A model generated the notes under the pieces. It worked only from the letters and a program-made list of their open reading frames with translations. It did not search any database and was not told the origin of the DNA. Positions 1 through 9,290 of a stretch of DNA of 64,000 bases are shown here, in pieces. The translations under genes and the position numbers were made by a program. This DNA is from an uncultured Alphaproteobacteria bacterium (GTDB taxonomy: Bacteria > Pseudomonadota > Alphaproteobacteria > Methylaequorales > Methylaequoraceae), in contig CACBWF010000001.1 in NCBI GenBank assembly GCA_902542925.1, positions 41,569 to 105,568 on the forward strand, in the 5' to 3' direction. Within the stretch, counting starts at the first letter, position 1. Each line of letters opens with the position of its first letter.

Positions 1-843
1 TGGTTTACAACCTCAGCTTCACTAAAAATGTCCTTTTATGGAAGTCAGTCAGTTAAAAATATTGAAAGTTTTAGTTTTACAAATAAAAAGATTCAAATAG
101 TTAAACCTACTAATGTTGATCAGTTACTTGAGGTTATTAAGATTTTGCAAAAAGCAAATCAAGAAAAAAGAGCTTATCCGTTTTTAAAAAAAGTTTTTGA
201 ATCATGTAATACAATTGAAGAAAAAAACTTCGTTATGGAATTTGCATCTAAATTTTCAGACAAAAATTTTGTTGTGAAATTGGCAAAATTAGAACCAAAA
301 ATATCAACATTTTTTTCGCATCCAACAATTATGGATTACATACCAGACAAATTTAGAAATAACAAAAAATATATTTCTTTGATTCATTCTATTATTTTGC
401 AAGAAAGTGCATTTAAAATTTCAGCTAGGAGTCATGCAGGAGCAAGAGGATTAATGCAACTTATGCCTTTTACTGCAAAAAGAGTTGCTAAATCTTTAAA
501 AATCAAATATTACAAAAAAGCATTAACGACAAATCCGCACTATAACATATTACTTGGAACAACTTATATCAGAAATTTACTTGAAAGATTTGACAATTCA
601 CTACCTCTGGCACTTGCAGGGTACAATGCTGGACCAGCAAGAGTAAAAATCTGGCTTAAAAGGTATGGTGATCCTAGAAAAGGAAAAATAAGTTATATAA
701 ATTGGATTGAATCTATACCAATTTATGAAACAAGAAATTATGTAAAAAGAGTAATTGGAAATTATAGTATATATTCAAGAAAATTTAATGCAGATAATTT
801 AACAGAAAATTTTAAATTGGCACAAATATTGAAGACATATTGA
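1..843 (+). CDS. Lytic murein transglycosylase, SLT catalytic domain; 5' partial (reading frame open to window edge)
   Basis: Frame 1 is open from nt 1. Contains the SLT signature ESAFKISARSHAGARGLMQLMP...AGYNAGPARV. Confidence 0.7.
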   Translation, partial: WFTTSASLKMSFYGSQSVKNIESFSFTNKKIQIVKPTNVDQLLEVIKILQKANQEKRAYPFLKKVFESCNTIEEKNFVMEFASKFSDKNFVVKLAKLEPKISTFFSHPTIMDYIPDKFRNNKKYISLIHSIILQESAFKISARSHAGARGLMQLMPFTAKRVAKSLKIKYYKKALTTNPHYNILLGTTYIRNLLERFDNSLPLALAGYNAGPARVKIWLKRYGDPRKGKISYINWIESIPIYETRNYVKRVIGNYSIYSRKFNADNLTENFKLAQILKTY

Positions 844-869
844 CATTATGACTTTATGTCACTATATTA
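840..869 (+). promoter_or_regulatory. Candidate promoter TTGACA-N16-CTATAT(T) upstream of the Hsp20 gene (sigma-70 or RpoH-like)
   Basis: ttgaca at 840-845 and ctatat at 862-867 (tatatt at 864-869). Spacing is compatible with -35/-10 elements. Confidence 0.3.
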
Positions 870-879
870 TAACTATCAG

Positions 880-935
880 TGCCTAATAGGGCTGATATTT
901 AATAACAATCTTGCTTAATAAAGGAGATAATAATT
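880..935 (+). promoter_or_regulatory. ROSE-like RNA thermometer candidate in the 5' UTR of the Hsp20 gene
   Basis: UUGCU (911-915) lies a short loop away from the AGGAG Shine-Dalgarno (922-926). It can pair with it leaving a bulged G, as in ROSE elements. Confidence 0.3.
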
Positions 936-1364
936 ATGCAAAATTCATTAATTAACTTTAACACCGATCAACTTGCTCCGTTCACTGTAGGTTTCGATTC
1001 TCTATTCGATAGACTATTCGACTTAGATACCTCATCTACAGGATACCCACCTTACGATATAATTAAGACTAAGGAACATTCTTATGTGATTGAAATGGCG
1101 CTAGCCGGTTTCAGTAAAAATGACATCAAAGTTGAAACATCTGATGGGGTATTAACGGTTAAATCAACTAAAAAAAATACTAATTCAGATGGAAAAAATG
1201 AAACTGTTCATAAAGGTATTTCTCAAAGAAACTTTATGAGAAAATTTACATTATCAGATGATATTACTGTGAAAAGTGCTGATATGGAAAATGGTATGCT
1301 TTCGATTAAATTAGAAAGAGTATTACCTGAACACAAAAAACCAAAACTAATACAAATAAAATAG
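936..1364 (+). CDS. Hsp20/alpha-crystallin family small heat shock protein
   Basis: PPYDIIKTKEHSYVIEMALAGFSKNDIKVETSDGVLTVK is the alpha-crystallin domain pattern. RBS AGGAG lies 9 nt upstream. Confidence 0.85.
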   Translation: MQNSLINFNTDQLAPFTVGFDSLFDRLFDLDTSSTGYPPYDIIKTKEHSYVIEMALAGFSKNDIKVETSDGVLTVKSTKKNTNSDGKNETVHKGISQRNFMRKFTLSDDITVKSADMENGMLSIKLERVLPEHKKPKLIQIK

Positions 1365-1370
1365 TTTAAA

Positions 1371-1395
1371 GGGGCTAAAATAGCCCCTTTTTTTT
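1371..1395 (+). terminator. Rho-independent terminator
   Basis: GGGGCTA-aaa-TAGCCCC hairpin followed by T8. Confidence 0.7.
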
Positions 1396-1404
1396 ACAAA
1401 TTTC

Positions 1405-1438
1405 TTGAAGTCGAATTGATAATGATTATTATCATCAT
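1405..1438 (+). promoter_or_regulatory. Promoter with overlapping Fur-box-like palindrome (GATAATGATTATTATC at 1418-1433); probable leaderless start
   Basis: TTGAAG (1405-1410), 16 nt, TATTAT (1427-1432). The hexamer-repeat palindrome overlaps the -10 and ends 5 nt before the ATG. Confidence 0.4.
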
Positions 1439-2461
1439 ATGATAATAAGAATCATTTACACTTTTTGTTTTCTAATTTTAAATGCTAACTTTCTTGTTTC
1501 TAAAGAAGTAAATGTGTTTAGTTCAAGGCACTACGAATCAGATTACAAACTGTATGATTTTTTTACAAAAAAAACTGGAATAAAAGTTAACGTTATAACT
1601 GGAAAATCAAAATTATTAGAGAAGAGAATCATAGAAGAAGGTAGTTCATGTAAGGGTGATTTACTCATTTTAGCTGATGCAGGAAGAATGGGTAGTGCTG
1701 AAAGTAAGGGGCTATTTCAAAAATTTAATTCTAGTGTATTAAAAAAAAAAATTCCAGAGAATTTGAGGACTGATTATTGGTATTCAATTGCTAAACGAGC
1801 AAGGATTTTCTTCTACAATAATGCAAATATTAACAATAAAGATCTTAAAAATATAGATTACTTAGATTTAGCCGATGAAAAATGGGATGGGGATATTCTT
1901 ATTAGGGCATCTAATAATATCTATAATCAATCACTGGTTGCTTACATGATAGAAGTTTACGGAGAAAAAAAAGCAACAGAGTGGGTAAGAGGTTTAGTTA
2001 AAAATATGGCTAGATCACCTCAAGGAAATGATAGGGCACAAATTTTGGGTGTTGCAGCTAAAGAGGGAAAGATTGCGGTTGCTAATACGTATTATCACTC
2101 ACTAATGATGTCAGGTAAAAAAGGGACAGAACAGAAAAAAGCAGCCAAAAAAGTAAGTCCAATTTTCCCAGGTCAAAATTCTAAAGGAACTCATATCAAC
2201 ATAAGTGGAGCTGGTTTGCTAAAACATTCGCCAAATAAAAAAAATGCTATAAAATTACTTGAATTTTTTTTATCAGATAAAGCTCAAAAACACATAGTAA
2301 ACAATACTTTCGAGTATCCTATTTCTAAGAATGTTAATCCACACCCACTAGTTAGTAGAATGGGAACAAATTTTAAAGAAAATAACTCAATAAGCATTAG
2401 TAGTTATTTTAAGTGGCAAAGTAAGGCATACAAAATAATGCTTGAAAATGGTTGGAAGTAA
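1439..2461 (+). CDS. Fe(3+) ABC transporter periplasmic substrate-binding protein (FbpA/AfuA family)
   Basis: N-terminal signal peptide. FbpA-like sequence VNVFSSRHYESDYKLYDFFTKKTGIKVNVITGKS. Operon with permease and ATPase. Confidence 0.7.
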   Translation: MIIRIIYTFCFLILNANFLVSKEVNVFSSRHYESDYKLYDFFTKKTGIKVNVITGKSKLLEKRIIEEGSSCKGDLLILADAGRMGSAESKGLFQKFNSSVLKKKIPENLRTDYWYSIAKRARIFFYNNANINNKDLKNIDYLDLADEKWDGDILIRASNNIYNQSLVAYMIEVYGEKKATEWVRGLVKNMARSPQGNDRAQILGVAAKEGKIAVANTYYHSLMMSGKKGTEQKKAAKKVSPIFPGQNSKGTHINISGAGLLKHSPNKKNAIKLLEFFLSDKAQKHIVNNTFEYPISKNVNPHPLVSRMGTNFKENNSISISSYFKWQSKAYKIMLENGWK

Positions 2462-2467
2462 GAAACA

Positions 2468-4087
2468 TTGTTAACACAATTTTATTTAAAAAAATTTAAT
2501 GCATTATACTTTTTGGTATTTGTTTTAAGTTTATTGATCCTATCTCCTTTTTTATCAATTTTCATTAGTTTATTTGGAGAAGTAACAGAATATTTTTTCA
2601 TAATTAAAGATAGATTATTTGAATTATATTTATTCAATACAATCATTCTTGTTGTAAGTGTTGTATCTATTACTTTTTTATTAGGAACCTTTTCAGCTTT
2701 CTTAGTAAGTTTTTATGAATTTCCTGGTTGTAGATTTTTTAAATGGGCCTTAATTTTGTCCTTTGCAGTTCCTTCTTATATTTATGGTTATGCATTTACT
2801 GCTTTTTTTGAAAACTACGGAACGGCATATTCAATTGTTTCTTTTTTCCACAACAGTGAATCAGTTAACACATACATTCCAAAATTTAATGGCATGGTTG
2901 GAGCAATAATTTCATTGTCCTTTTCTCTATATGTATATGTTTATATTTTTTCGAGATCAACTTTTACTAACCAATCATCTGAGATAATAGAAACAAGCAG
3001 AATATTTGGTTTATCAACAGGAAGTTTCTTTCTCAAAGTCTTAATTCCACTTTCAAGACCAGCTATCATAACGGGCTTGTCACTTGTTGCAATGGAAACT
3101 TTGTCGGATTTTGGTACAGTATATTTTTTTAACATACCAACGTTTACGACAGCTATCTATGACTCATGGATGGGATTTGATGATACAACTACAGCAAATT
3201 TATTATCAGCGTTCTTATTAATTATAATTTTAATTTTTTTTACCACTGAAAAGTTTTCAAGAAAAAAATCTTCTTATTATGATAGAAAGCTTAGCAATAA
3301 AAATTTAAAAAAGAATATTAATCTTCATGGGTGGGCATCTTTTTTTGCATTTAGTTTTTGTTTTTTATTATTTTTTTTAAGTTTCATTTTTCCATTTCTA
3401 CAGATGCTGTATTGGTCTTTTAAATTCCCTGAGTATTTTTTTATTTACAATTTTTTTGAGCTTAATTTAAATCTTCTAAAATTAATCTTTCTCTCATTAA
3501 CATTAATAATTTTAGTATCATTTTTTGTTAATTATGCATTAAGAATTCTGAACTCCAATTTTTTAAATTCAGTATCAAGCCTTTCTATAATTGGGTATGC
3601 AGTGCCAGGTTTAATAATTTCAATAGCACTAATGAGTTTTTTATCATTTACTAGTGATTATTTTAACGTAAACCTAAGAAATGCTTTTATAGGTTCTATT
3701 ACAGGATTAGTTTTAGGGTATTTTTTGAGATTTTATTCAGTTTCTTTTCTTGGAATTCAATCTAATTATTTAAAAATAGATAAGAAAGTTGACGAAAGTT
3801 CTTATTTGTTAGGTTTCTCAAAATTTAAAACTTTTCGACTTATTCATTTACCTTACTTTAAAAAACCCACACTTCTTATTTCAATATTACTTGTAATTGA
3901 AATTATTAAGGAACTTCCAATTACATTAGTAATGAGACCATTTAATTTTGAAACTTTTGCTACTAAAGCGTATTCTTTTGCATCACAAGATTTATTAGAA
4001 GCTACTGCGGTTCCTTCATTATCTATTATAGTTTGGGCTACAATTTTTATTATTTTTACTTTTAAATTTTCTGATTCAGATAAATAA
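2468..4087 (+). CDS. Iron(III) ABC transporter permease, duplicated transmembrane domain (FbpB/AfuB family)
   Basis: 539 aa, very hydrophobic, two permease-like halves. Adjacent to the binding protein and ATPase. Confidence 0.7.
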   Translation: MLTQFYLKKFNALYFLVFVLSLLILSPFLSIFISLFGEVTEYFFIIKDRLFELYLFNTIILVVSVVSITFLLGTFSAFLVSFYEFPGCRFFKWALILSFAVPSYIYGYAFTAFFENYGTAYSIVSFFHNSESVNTYIPKFNGMVGAIISLSFSLYVYVYIFSRSTFTNQSSEIIETSRIFGLSTGSFFLKVLIPLSRPAIITGLSLVAMETLSDFGTVYFFNIPTFTTAIYDSWMGFDDTTTANLLSAFLLIIILIFFTTEKFSRKKSSYYDRKLSNKNLKKNINLHGWASFFAFSFCFLLFFLSFIFPFLQMLYWSFKFPEYFFIYNFFELNLNLLKLIFLSLTLIILVSFFVNYALRILNSNFLNSVSSLSIIGYAVPGLIISIALMSFLSFTSDYFNVNLRNAFIGSITGLVLGYFLRFYSVSFLGIQSNYLKIDKKVDESSYLLGFSKFKTFRLIHLPYFKKPTLLISILLVIEIIKELPITLVMRPFNFETFATKAYSFASQDLLEATAVPSLSIIVWATIFIIFTFKFSDSDK

Positions 4088-4109
4088 ATTTTTTTAGTAC
4101 AATCATAGC

Positions 4110-5162
4110 ATGAATGATTTTTTAATTGTTAAAGATTTATCATGTGAAATTAACAGCTCAGTGATACTTGATAAATTATCTTTTTCTATAAGAAATAAAG
4201 GAGAAATTATTTCTTTTTTAGGTCCTTCGGGTGTCGGAAAAACAACTTTAATTAGGTGTATTGCAGGTCTTGAAAAAATTAGTAGTGGTGAAATAGTTAT
4301 GAATGGAAGTTTATATTCAACAAAAATAAACAGTATTGAACCAGAAAAAAGAAATATGGCTCTTTCATTCCAAGAAAATTGTTTATTTCCAAATAAAACT
4401 GTACTAGAAAATATTGATATTGGTTTTTCAAGAAAAAAAAAACCTCTTAAATTAACTAAAAATAACTTGATCAATCTTTTTAATCTTTCTGAAATAGTTT
4501 CAAAATATCCTCATGAAATTAGCTCAGGAGAAATACAACGAGCACAAATTTTGAGGGCATTAATTTCTAATCCTGATCTACTTTTACTGGATGAACCTTT
4601 TTCAAATATTGATCAAGATCAGAGAGAGGAACTTCAAACAAACTTAAAAAGGGTGCTTAAAGATAACAATATACCAACTATAATTGTCACTCATGATATA
4701 AATGAAGCTTTTTACATGAGTGACAAATGCGGTGTTTTAATTAAAAACTCAATAGTTCAATTTGACACACCATATAACATTCACCATTACCCCAATTCAA
4801 AAGAAGTAATGCAATTTATTAGTAGAGGTTCTCTCATCAAAGTTAAAGTATTAGATAAGGAAACTGTCTTTCATGAAAAACTTGGTAAAATCAAGGGAAA
4901 TTTTATAACCGCTCCTAAAATAAATTCAACAGTAAAACTTCTCATTCAACCTGAAGATATAACTCATGATAACACAAGTAAGCTCAAGCTTAAAATTTGT
5001 GACAGAAAATTTAGAGGAACAAACTTTATTTATTATCTTAAATTAAATGCTAATGAAGCCATTCCAGTTTCAGTACAATCTCATAATTGTGAACCATGTA
5101 ATATAAATGACGAACTTGGTATTAAATTACCCATATTTATAAACCATTTAGTTTTTTTTTAA
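4110..5162 (+). CDS. ABC transporter ATP-binding protein (FbpC-like) with C-terminal TOBE-like extension
   Basis: Walker A GPSGVGKTT, signature SSGEIQRAQI, Walker B LLLLDEPFSNID. Confidence 0.8.
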   Translation: MNDFLIVKDLSCEINSSVILDKLSFSIRNKGEIISFLGPSGVGKTTLIRCIAGLEKISSGEIVMNGSLYSTKINSIEPEKRNMALSFQENCLFPNKTVLENIDIGFSRKKKPLKLTKNNLINLFNLSEIVSKYPHEISSGEIQRAQILRALISNPDLLLLDEPFSNIDQDQREELQTNLKRVLKDNNIPTIIVTHDINEAFYMSDKCGVLIKNSIVQFDTPYNIHHYPNSKEVMQFISRGSLIKVKVLDKETVFHEKLGKIKGNFITAPKINSTVKLLIQPEDITHDNTSKLKLKICDRKFRGTNFIYYLKLNANEAIPVSVQSHNCEPCNINDELGIKLPIFINHLVFF

Positions 5163-5186
5163 AGAATAGTATGGTATTAATATTTT

Positions 5187-5390
5187 ATGGATGAAGAAAA
5201 GTTAAATCTTTCTTTAAGAAAATTTCTTAAACAAGTTGGAATAAACTCTCAAAGAATTGTTGAAACAGAAATAAGAAAGCAATTTGCAGAAAAAAAGTTT
5301 AGTTCACCAAAGTCATTTGAAATTTCTGTAGAATTAAATAGTAGTGAACTTGGTGTTAAAGAAAAGATTCATGGAAAGATTGAAGTATAA
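5187..5390 (+). CDS. Hypothetical small protein
   Basis: ORF only; no recognisable motif. Confidence 0.2.
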   Translation: MDEEKLNLSLRKFLKQVGINSQRIVETEIRKQFAEKKFSSPKSFEISVELNSSELGVKEKIHGKIEV

Positions 5391-5664
5391 AATTCCTTTT
5401 TTTTTGACTTTTCTTTTTTTTACTTATGTAAAAAATATAAAAGCTCAAGATCAAGCTGAAAACAAATCTTCAATTTCTAAATATTGTGACGAATCTAATG
5501 AAAAAACATTTAGCGAGTTTATGTGTGCTGAACAACAGATACATGAGTCTATGTTAAATAATCCACTTGGATTCATAATTTTTTATGTAGTAAGTATTTT
5601 ATTCCTTGCTTTCCTATATAGAATGTCAACTAGAAATATGAGAAATAAAAAAAATAAAAATTAA
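5344..5664 (+). CDS. Hypothetical small secreted or membrane-anchored protein (start uncertain)
   Basis: Signal-like segment KIPFFLTFLFFTYVKNIKAQ and a C-terminal transmembrane segment. Confidence 0.3.
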   Translation: MNLVLKKRFMERLKYKIPFFLTFLFFTYVKNIKAQDQAENKSSISKYCDESNEKTFSEFMCAEQQIHESMLNNPLGFIIFYVVSILFLAFLYRMSTRNMRNKKNKN

Positions 5665-5691
5665 TAAATTTGATTACAAATTACCGGTTAT

Positions 5692-6519
5692 TTAGTTTAC
5701 ATCCTGAGAAGAAAAAAATACCTGTTGGCCGTTTACTCTAAAATTATTAATTAAACTTTTACCTTCTTTAGACTTTAACCAATATATAAATTTTTCCGCC
5801 TCTAAAGATTTTGTTGTTGGACAATTTTTTGGATTGATTGGGATAATTCCATAATTATTTACTAGCAAGGGCTCATTCTCTACAATTATCGTATGGTTCT
5901 TTTTATTACCAAATGAAATCCAAGTTGATCTATCTGAAAGTATATATGCCCCTATATTCACTGCTAAATTTAAGGAAGACCCCATTCCAGAACCTGACTC
6001 AAAATACCAATCAGATTTTTTTCTTTCGATTTTTATTCCAACTAATGCCCAAAGTTCTTGTTCTTTCAAATGTGTTCCGCTTTTATCTCCTCTTGATACA
6101 AATGAATGTTTTGAATTATAAATAATTTTTAAAGCTTCTTTGATATTTTTTTTTATTTTTATTCCAGCCGGATCATTTTTAGGCCCCACAAGAATGAAAT
6201 CATTATGCATTATAACATTTCTATAAAGTCCATAACCATTTTTAACAAATTTTATTTCAGATGGTTCATGATGAACAAACAATAAATCTGCATCACATTT
6301 TTTTGCGTTTTCAATTGCTTGACCAGTACCTACTGCAACAACCTTCAATTTTGTAGAGCTTTCTTCTTGATATTTATCCTGAATATAATTATAAAAGCCT
6401 GAGTCTCTTATAGATGTAGTAGATTGAATCGTAATAAATTCCTGCGCAGTAAGAGAAAAGAAAAAGAAGCAGAATTTAAGAAAAATAATTTTTTTCATAA
6501 TGCAGATATATTTAGTCAT
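5692..6519 (-). CDS. tupA: Tungstate/molybdate ABC transporter substrate-binding protein, TupA family
   Basis: Signal peptide. Contains a SRGDKSGTH motif. Confidence 0.6.
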   Translation of the reverse strand: MTKYICIMKKIIFLKFCFFFFSLTAQEFITIQSTTSIRDSGFYNYIQDKYQEESSTKLKVVAVGTGQAIENAKKCDADLLFVHHEPSEIKFVKNGYGLYRNVIMHNDFILVGPKNDPAGIKIKKNIKEALKIIYNSKHSFVSRGDKSGTHLKEQELWALVGIKIERKKSDWYFESGSGMGSSLNLAVNIGAYILSDRSTWISFGNKKNHTIIVENEPLLVNNYGIIPINPKNCPTTKSLEAEKFIYWLKSKEGKSLINNFRVNGQQVFFSSQDVN

Positions 6520-7253
6520 TACTTAAGTAACTTTCCACTTATATAGTTTCTCACAGATTTAGACTTTGGGTTCTTAAAAAAAATCCCTTTTTCTGAATGA
6601 TCGGCTACCCTCCCTTTGTTTAAGAAAATAATTTCATCGGCAAGTCGCTTTGTTTGAAGTAAATCATGGGTAACAAATAATACCTTAACTCCTTGTCTAC
6701 TTGCTTTTTTTATTATTGCCTCAATTATAGAGGTATAATGGGGATCTAAATTACTGCATGGTTCATCTAGAAGAAGTAGATTTGGTTTTATTACCAAAGA
6801 TCGTATTATTGCTAAAAGCTGTTGTTTCCCGATGGATAGTTTTCTTGCTGACATACTCAACTTATTTTCAAAGTCAGTTAATTTGATAATGTTTGAAATT
6901 CTTTTTTTTATTTCATTTTTCTGAAATTTAAATACTTTCATTGTGAATGCCAAATTTTCATAAATACTTCTTCTTAAAAAAATAACTTTTTGTGGAACAT
7001 AACCAATTCTAACTCTTTTATTAAATATAACTTTTCCTTTATCTGGTTTTAGAATTCCAGATAAAATTTTAAGACATAAAGTTTTTCCAGCACCATTTGG
7101 ACCCATTAAAAAAGAAATTTTATTTTCTGTTGTCTTAAAGCTTAATCTGTCAATTATTACTTTTTTGCCATATCTAAATGAAATATTGTTCGCTGTAATT
7201 TCAACTGGATTACTATTTTGATTGTCAAAAGGCTTGTATAAGTCATCAATCAT
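6519..7253 (-). CDS. ABC transporter ATP-binding protein (TupC-like)
   Basis: Walker A GPNGAGKT, signature LSIGKQQ, Walker B LLLLDEP. Confidence 0.7.
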   Translation of the reverse strand: MIDDLYKPFDNQNSNPVEITANNISFRYGKKVIIDRLSFKTTENKISFLMGPNGAGKTLCLKILSGILKPDKGKVIFNKRVRIGYVPQKVIFLRRSIYENLAFTMKVFKFQKNEIKKRISNIIKLTDFENKLSMSARKLSIGKQQLLAIIRSLVIKPNLLLLDEPCSNLDPHYTSIIEAIIKKASRQGVKVLFVTHDLLQTKRLADEIIFLNKGRVADHSEKGIFFKNPKSKSVRNYISGKLLK

Positions 7254-7953
7254 ATGAAAGATTTTTTGTAAAATGTTTTACCATAAAAACAATAAAGTTA
7301 AGTGAAATTGAAATTAAAATTAATATGGTACCCAAAGCTAATGCTAGTTCAAGGTTGCCTTTTGAGGTTTCTAAGGCAATGGTAGTTGTCATTACTCGAG
7401 TATAATATGCTATATTACCCCCAACAATTATTATTGCACCAACTTCTGACATAGCTCTGCCCAAACCTGCTAAAACAGTTGTAAGTAAACAATATCTCGC
7501 ATCCCATAAGATTATTAAAATTGAGTCTCTAAAGTTAACTCTAAGTGATTTTAACATTTCTTCATATTCAAAATAAATTGACTCAAGAGTTTCAAAACTT
7601 ATGGAAATTATGATCGGGAGAATTAAAATTATTTGAGCTAAAACCATAACAGTTGGCGTGTACAATATTTCAAAAAAACCAAGCGGTCCTGATTTTGAGA
7701 AAACAATGTAAAGAACCAGCCCAACAAAGACTGGTGGCAATCCCATTAAAGAATTTACTAATAAGATAAAAAATTTTTTCCCGAAAAAAGCCTTTACACT
7801 AGAATATGCTGCTATTGGTAATCCAATCAAACATGAAATTAGTAATGCTGATAATGAAACCTTAAGGGAAAGAAATACTATATCAGATAGTTCAGTATTA
7901 AAACTAAAAATAAGCCTTATGGAATTTGTTAATATTTCACTAAAGTCTGACAA
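7246..7953 (-). CDS. ABC transporter permease (TupB-like)
   Basis: Hydrophobic 235-aa permease. Overlapping start and stop with the ATPase gene. Confidence 0.65.
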   Translation of the reverse strand: MSDFSEILTNSIRLIFSFNTELSDIVFLSLKVSLSALLISCLIGLPIAAYSSVKAFFGKKFFILLVNSLMGLPPVFVGLVLYIVFSKSGPLGFFEILYTPTVMVLAQIILILPIIISISFETLESIYFEYEEMLKSLRVNFRDSILIILWDARYCLLTTVLAGLGRAMSEVGAIIIVGGNIAYYTRVMTTTIALETSKGNLELALALGTILILISISLNFIVFMVKHFTKNLSYD

Positions 7954-7994
7954 AAAAACGAACTATCAATTTTTTAAATAAAATTAATTATATT

Positions 7995-8231
7995 TTAATT
8001 TTCTTTTGCAATAATAACAGTTGCGGCAGGAAAAATTGCTATAACTTTAGTGTTATTTTCTAATTTCATTTTTTTTGCAATATCAACGGGAATAGCAGCA
8101 TGAATAAAACTTCCAGTCTCCATACCGTCAGCATCCGTTTGCTCGATAGCAATTTGTGAATAGCTTTGTCCATGAATAACAGTTTTTACTTTACCTTTAA
8201 TTTGATTTTTTGCACTTATTTCCATTTTCAC
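7995..8231 (-). CDS. TOBE/Mop domain molybdate- or tungstate-binding protein
   Basis: 78 aa. N-terminus ISAKNQIKGKV matches the Mop-domain start pattern (ISARNxLxGxV). Confidence 0.55.
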   Translation of the reverse strand: MKMEISAKNQIKGKVKTVIHGQSYSQIAIEQTDADGMETGSFIHAAIPVDIAKKMKLENNTKVIAIFPAATVIIAKEN

Positions 8232-8258
8232 TCCTTTAAAATTTTAGATTACCCTAAA

Positions 8259-9155
8259 TTACTTTTTTTTGTCACCCCAAAAATTAATTAAAATTATTGC
8301 TGAAATATTATGCCACAGACTAAATATAGCAGAGGGTAAAGCTACTAATTTATTAAAATGTAACATTGATAATGTAACACCTAAACCTGAATTTTGCATA
8401 GCAACTTCAATTGCAACAGTTTTTTGTTGTTTTAAGTTTAAAGAAATTTTCCTAGCAATTAAAAAAGCAACAATAAACCCAATTAAATTGTGAAGTATAA
8501 TTACTAATAAGAAATTAAAATCTACTAGGTTTAAATTTTCAATGTTTAAAGAAACAATAATTCCGATAATTGTTGCTACTATTAATTCAGCAATACGAGG
8601 TAAGATTTTTAATATTTTATTAATTTTTTTCTTTAAAATTTTTCTTAAAATTATTCCATCAATGATTGGAAAAATAACTATCCAAAATGTACTTTTGATG
8701 AGACCTTGTACGTCAACATCAACGTAAGTTTTGCCATAAAAATAAATCATTAATGGAGTTAGCACACATGCAAGAATTGTAGATAATATTGTCAAAGATA
8801 CAGATAAAGCTACATCAGCATCCATTAAATAAGCAATAATATTTGAAGCTGTACCACCAGGACAACTACCTAAAATAATAAATCCTAAAATAAATTGCTC
8901 TTGTAAATTAAACAAACCTGCAAGAATAAATGCTAATAACGGCATTATAGAAAATTGCAAAAAGACCCCTAAAATTATTGCTTTGGGACGAAATATAATT
9001 CTTTTTAAATCTGAAAAATCTATTGTCATACCCATGCCTAACATTACAAGTCCTAACAAAAAAGGGATAGAATTCTTTAAGGACAAAAAAACTGAAGGAA
9101 AATTTAAACTTATTATTAAACTAAAGAAAATAAAGAAAATGAATGAGAGTTTCAC
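8259..9155 (-). CDS. Bile acid:sodium symporter (BASS/SBF) family transporter
   Basis: SCPGGTASN motif. Multi-pass membrane protein. Confidence 0.6.
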   Translation of the reverse strand: MKLSFIFFIFFSLIISLNFPSVFLSLKNSIPFLLGLVMLGMGMTIDFSDLKRIIFRPKAIILGVFLQFSIMPLLAFILAGLFNLQEQFILGFIILGSCPGGTASNIIAYLMDADVALSVSLTILSTILACVLTPLMIYFYGKTYVDVDVQGLIKSTFWIVIFPIIDGIILRKILKKKINKILKILPRIAELIVATIIGIIVSLNIENLNLVDFNFLLVIILHNLIGFIVAFLIARKISLNLKQQKTVAIEVAMQNSGLGVTLSMLHFNKLVALPSAIFSLWHNISAIILINFWGDKKK

Positions 9156-9235
9156 TTTAACAGTCTAGTCTTTGATTAATAACAATACAAGTTATGGATT
9201 TTATACGTTGATTTTTAATAAATATAAAGAAATGG

Positions 9236-9251
9236 TGGCACAATGTTTGCA
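9236..9251 (+). promoter_or_regulatory. Sigma-54 promoter (TGGCAC-N5-TTGCA) upstream of flgG
   Basis: Exact tggcacaatgtttgca, about 40 nt upstream of the flgG ATG. Confidence 0.55.
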
Positions 9252-9290
9252 CTGATTGACTGTAAAAACAATTAAAAAAAAGGTCTATAA

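Noticed and set aside
2941-3135. 64-aa ORF antisense to the iron ABC permease gene
   Set aside because: Fully embedded in a strongly supported permease CDS on the other strand; typical AT-rich shadow ORF.
4103-4474. 123-aa minus-strand ORF overlapping the start of the ABC ATPase gene
   Set aside because: Overlaps the Walker A region of a clear ATPase. No motif of its own.
5913-6125. 70-aa plus-strand ORF inside tupA
   Set aside because: Antisense shadow ORF within a supported CDS.
8269-9168. Three short plus-strand ORFs (8269-8493, 8542-8727, 8983-9168) inside the BASS transporter gene
   Set aside because: All lie antisense within one long membrane-protein CDS. Low complexity.
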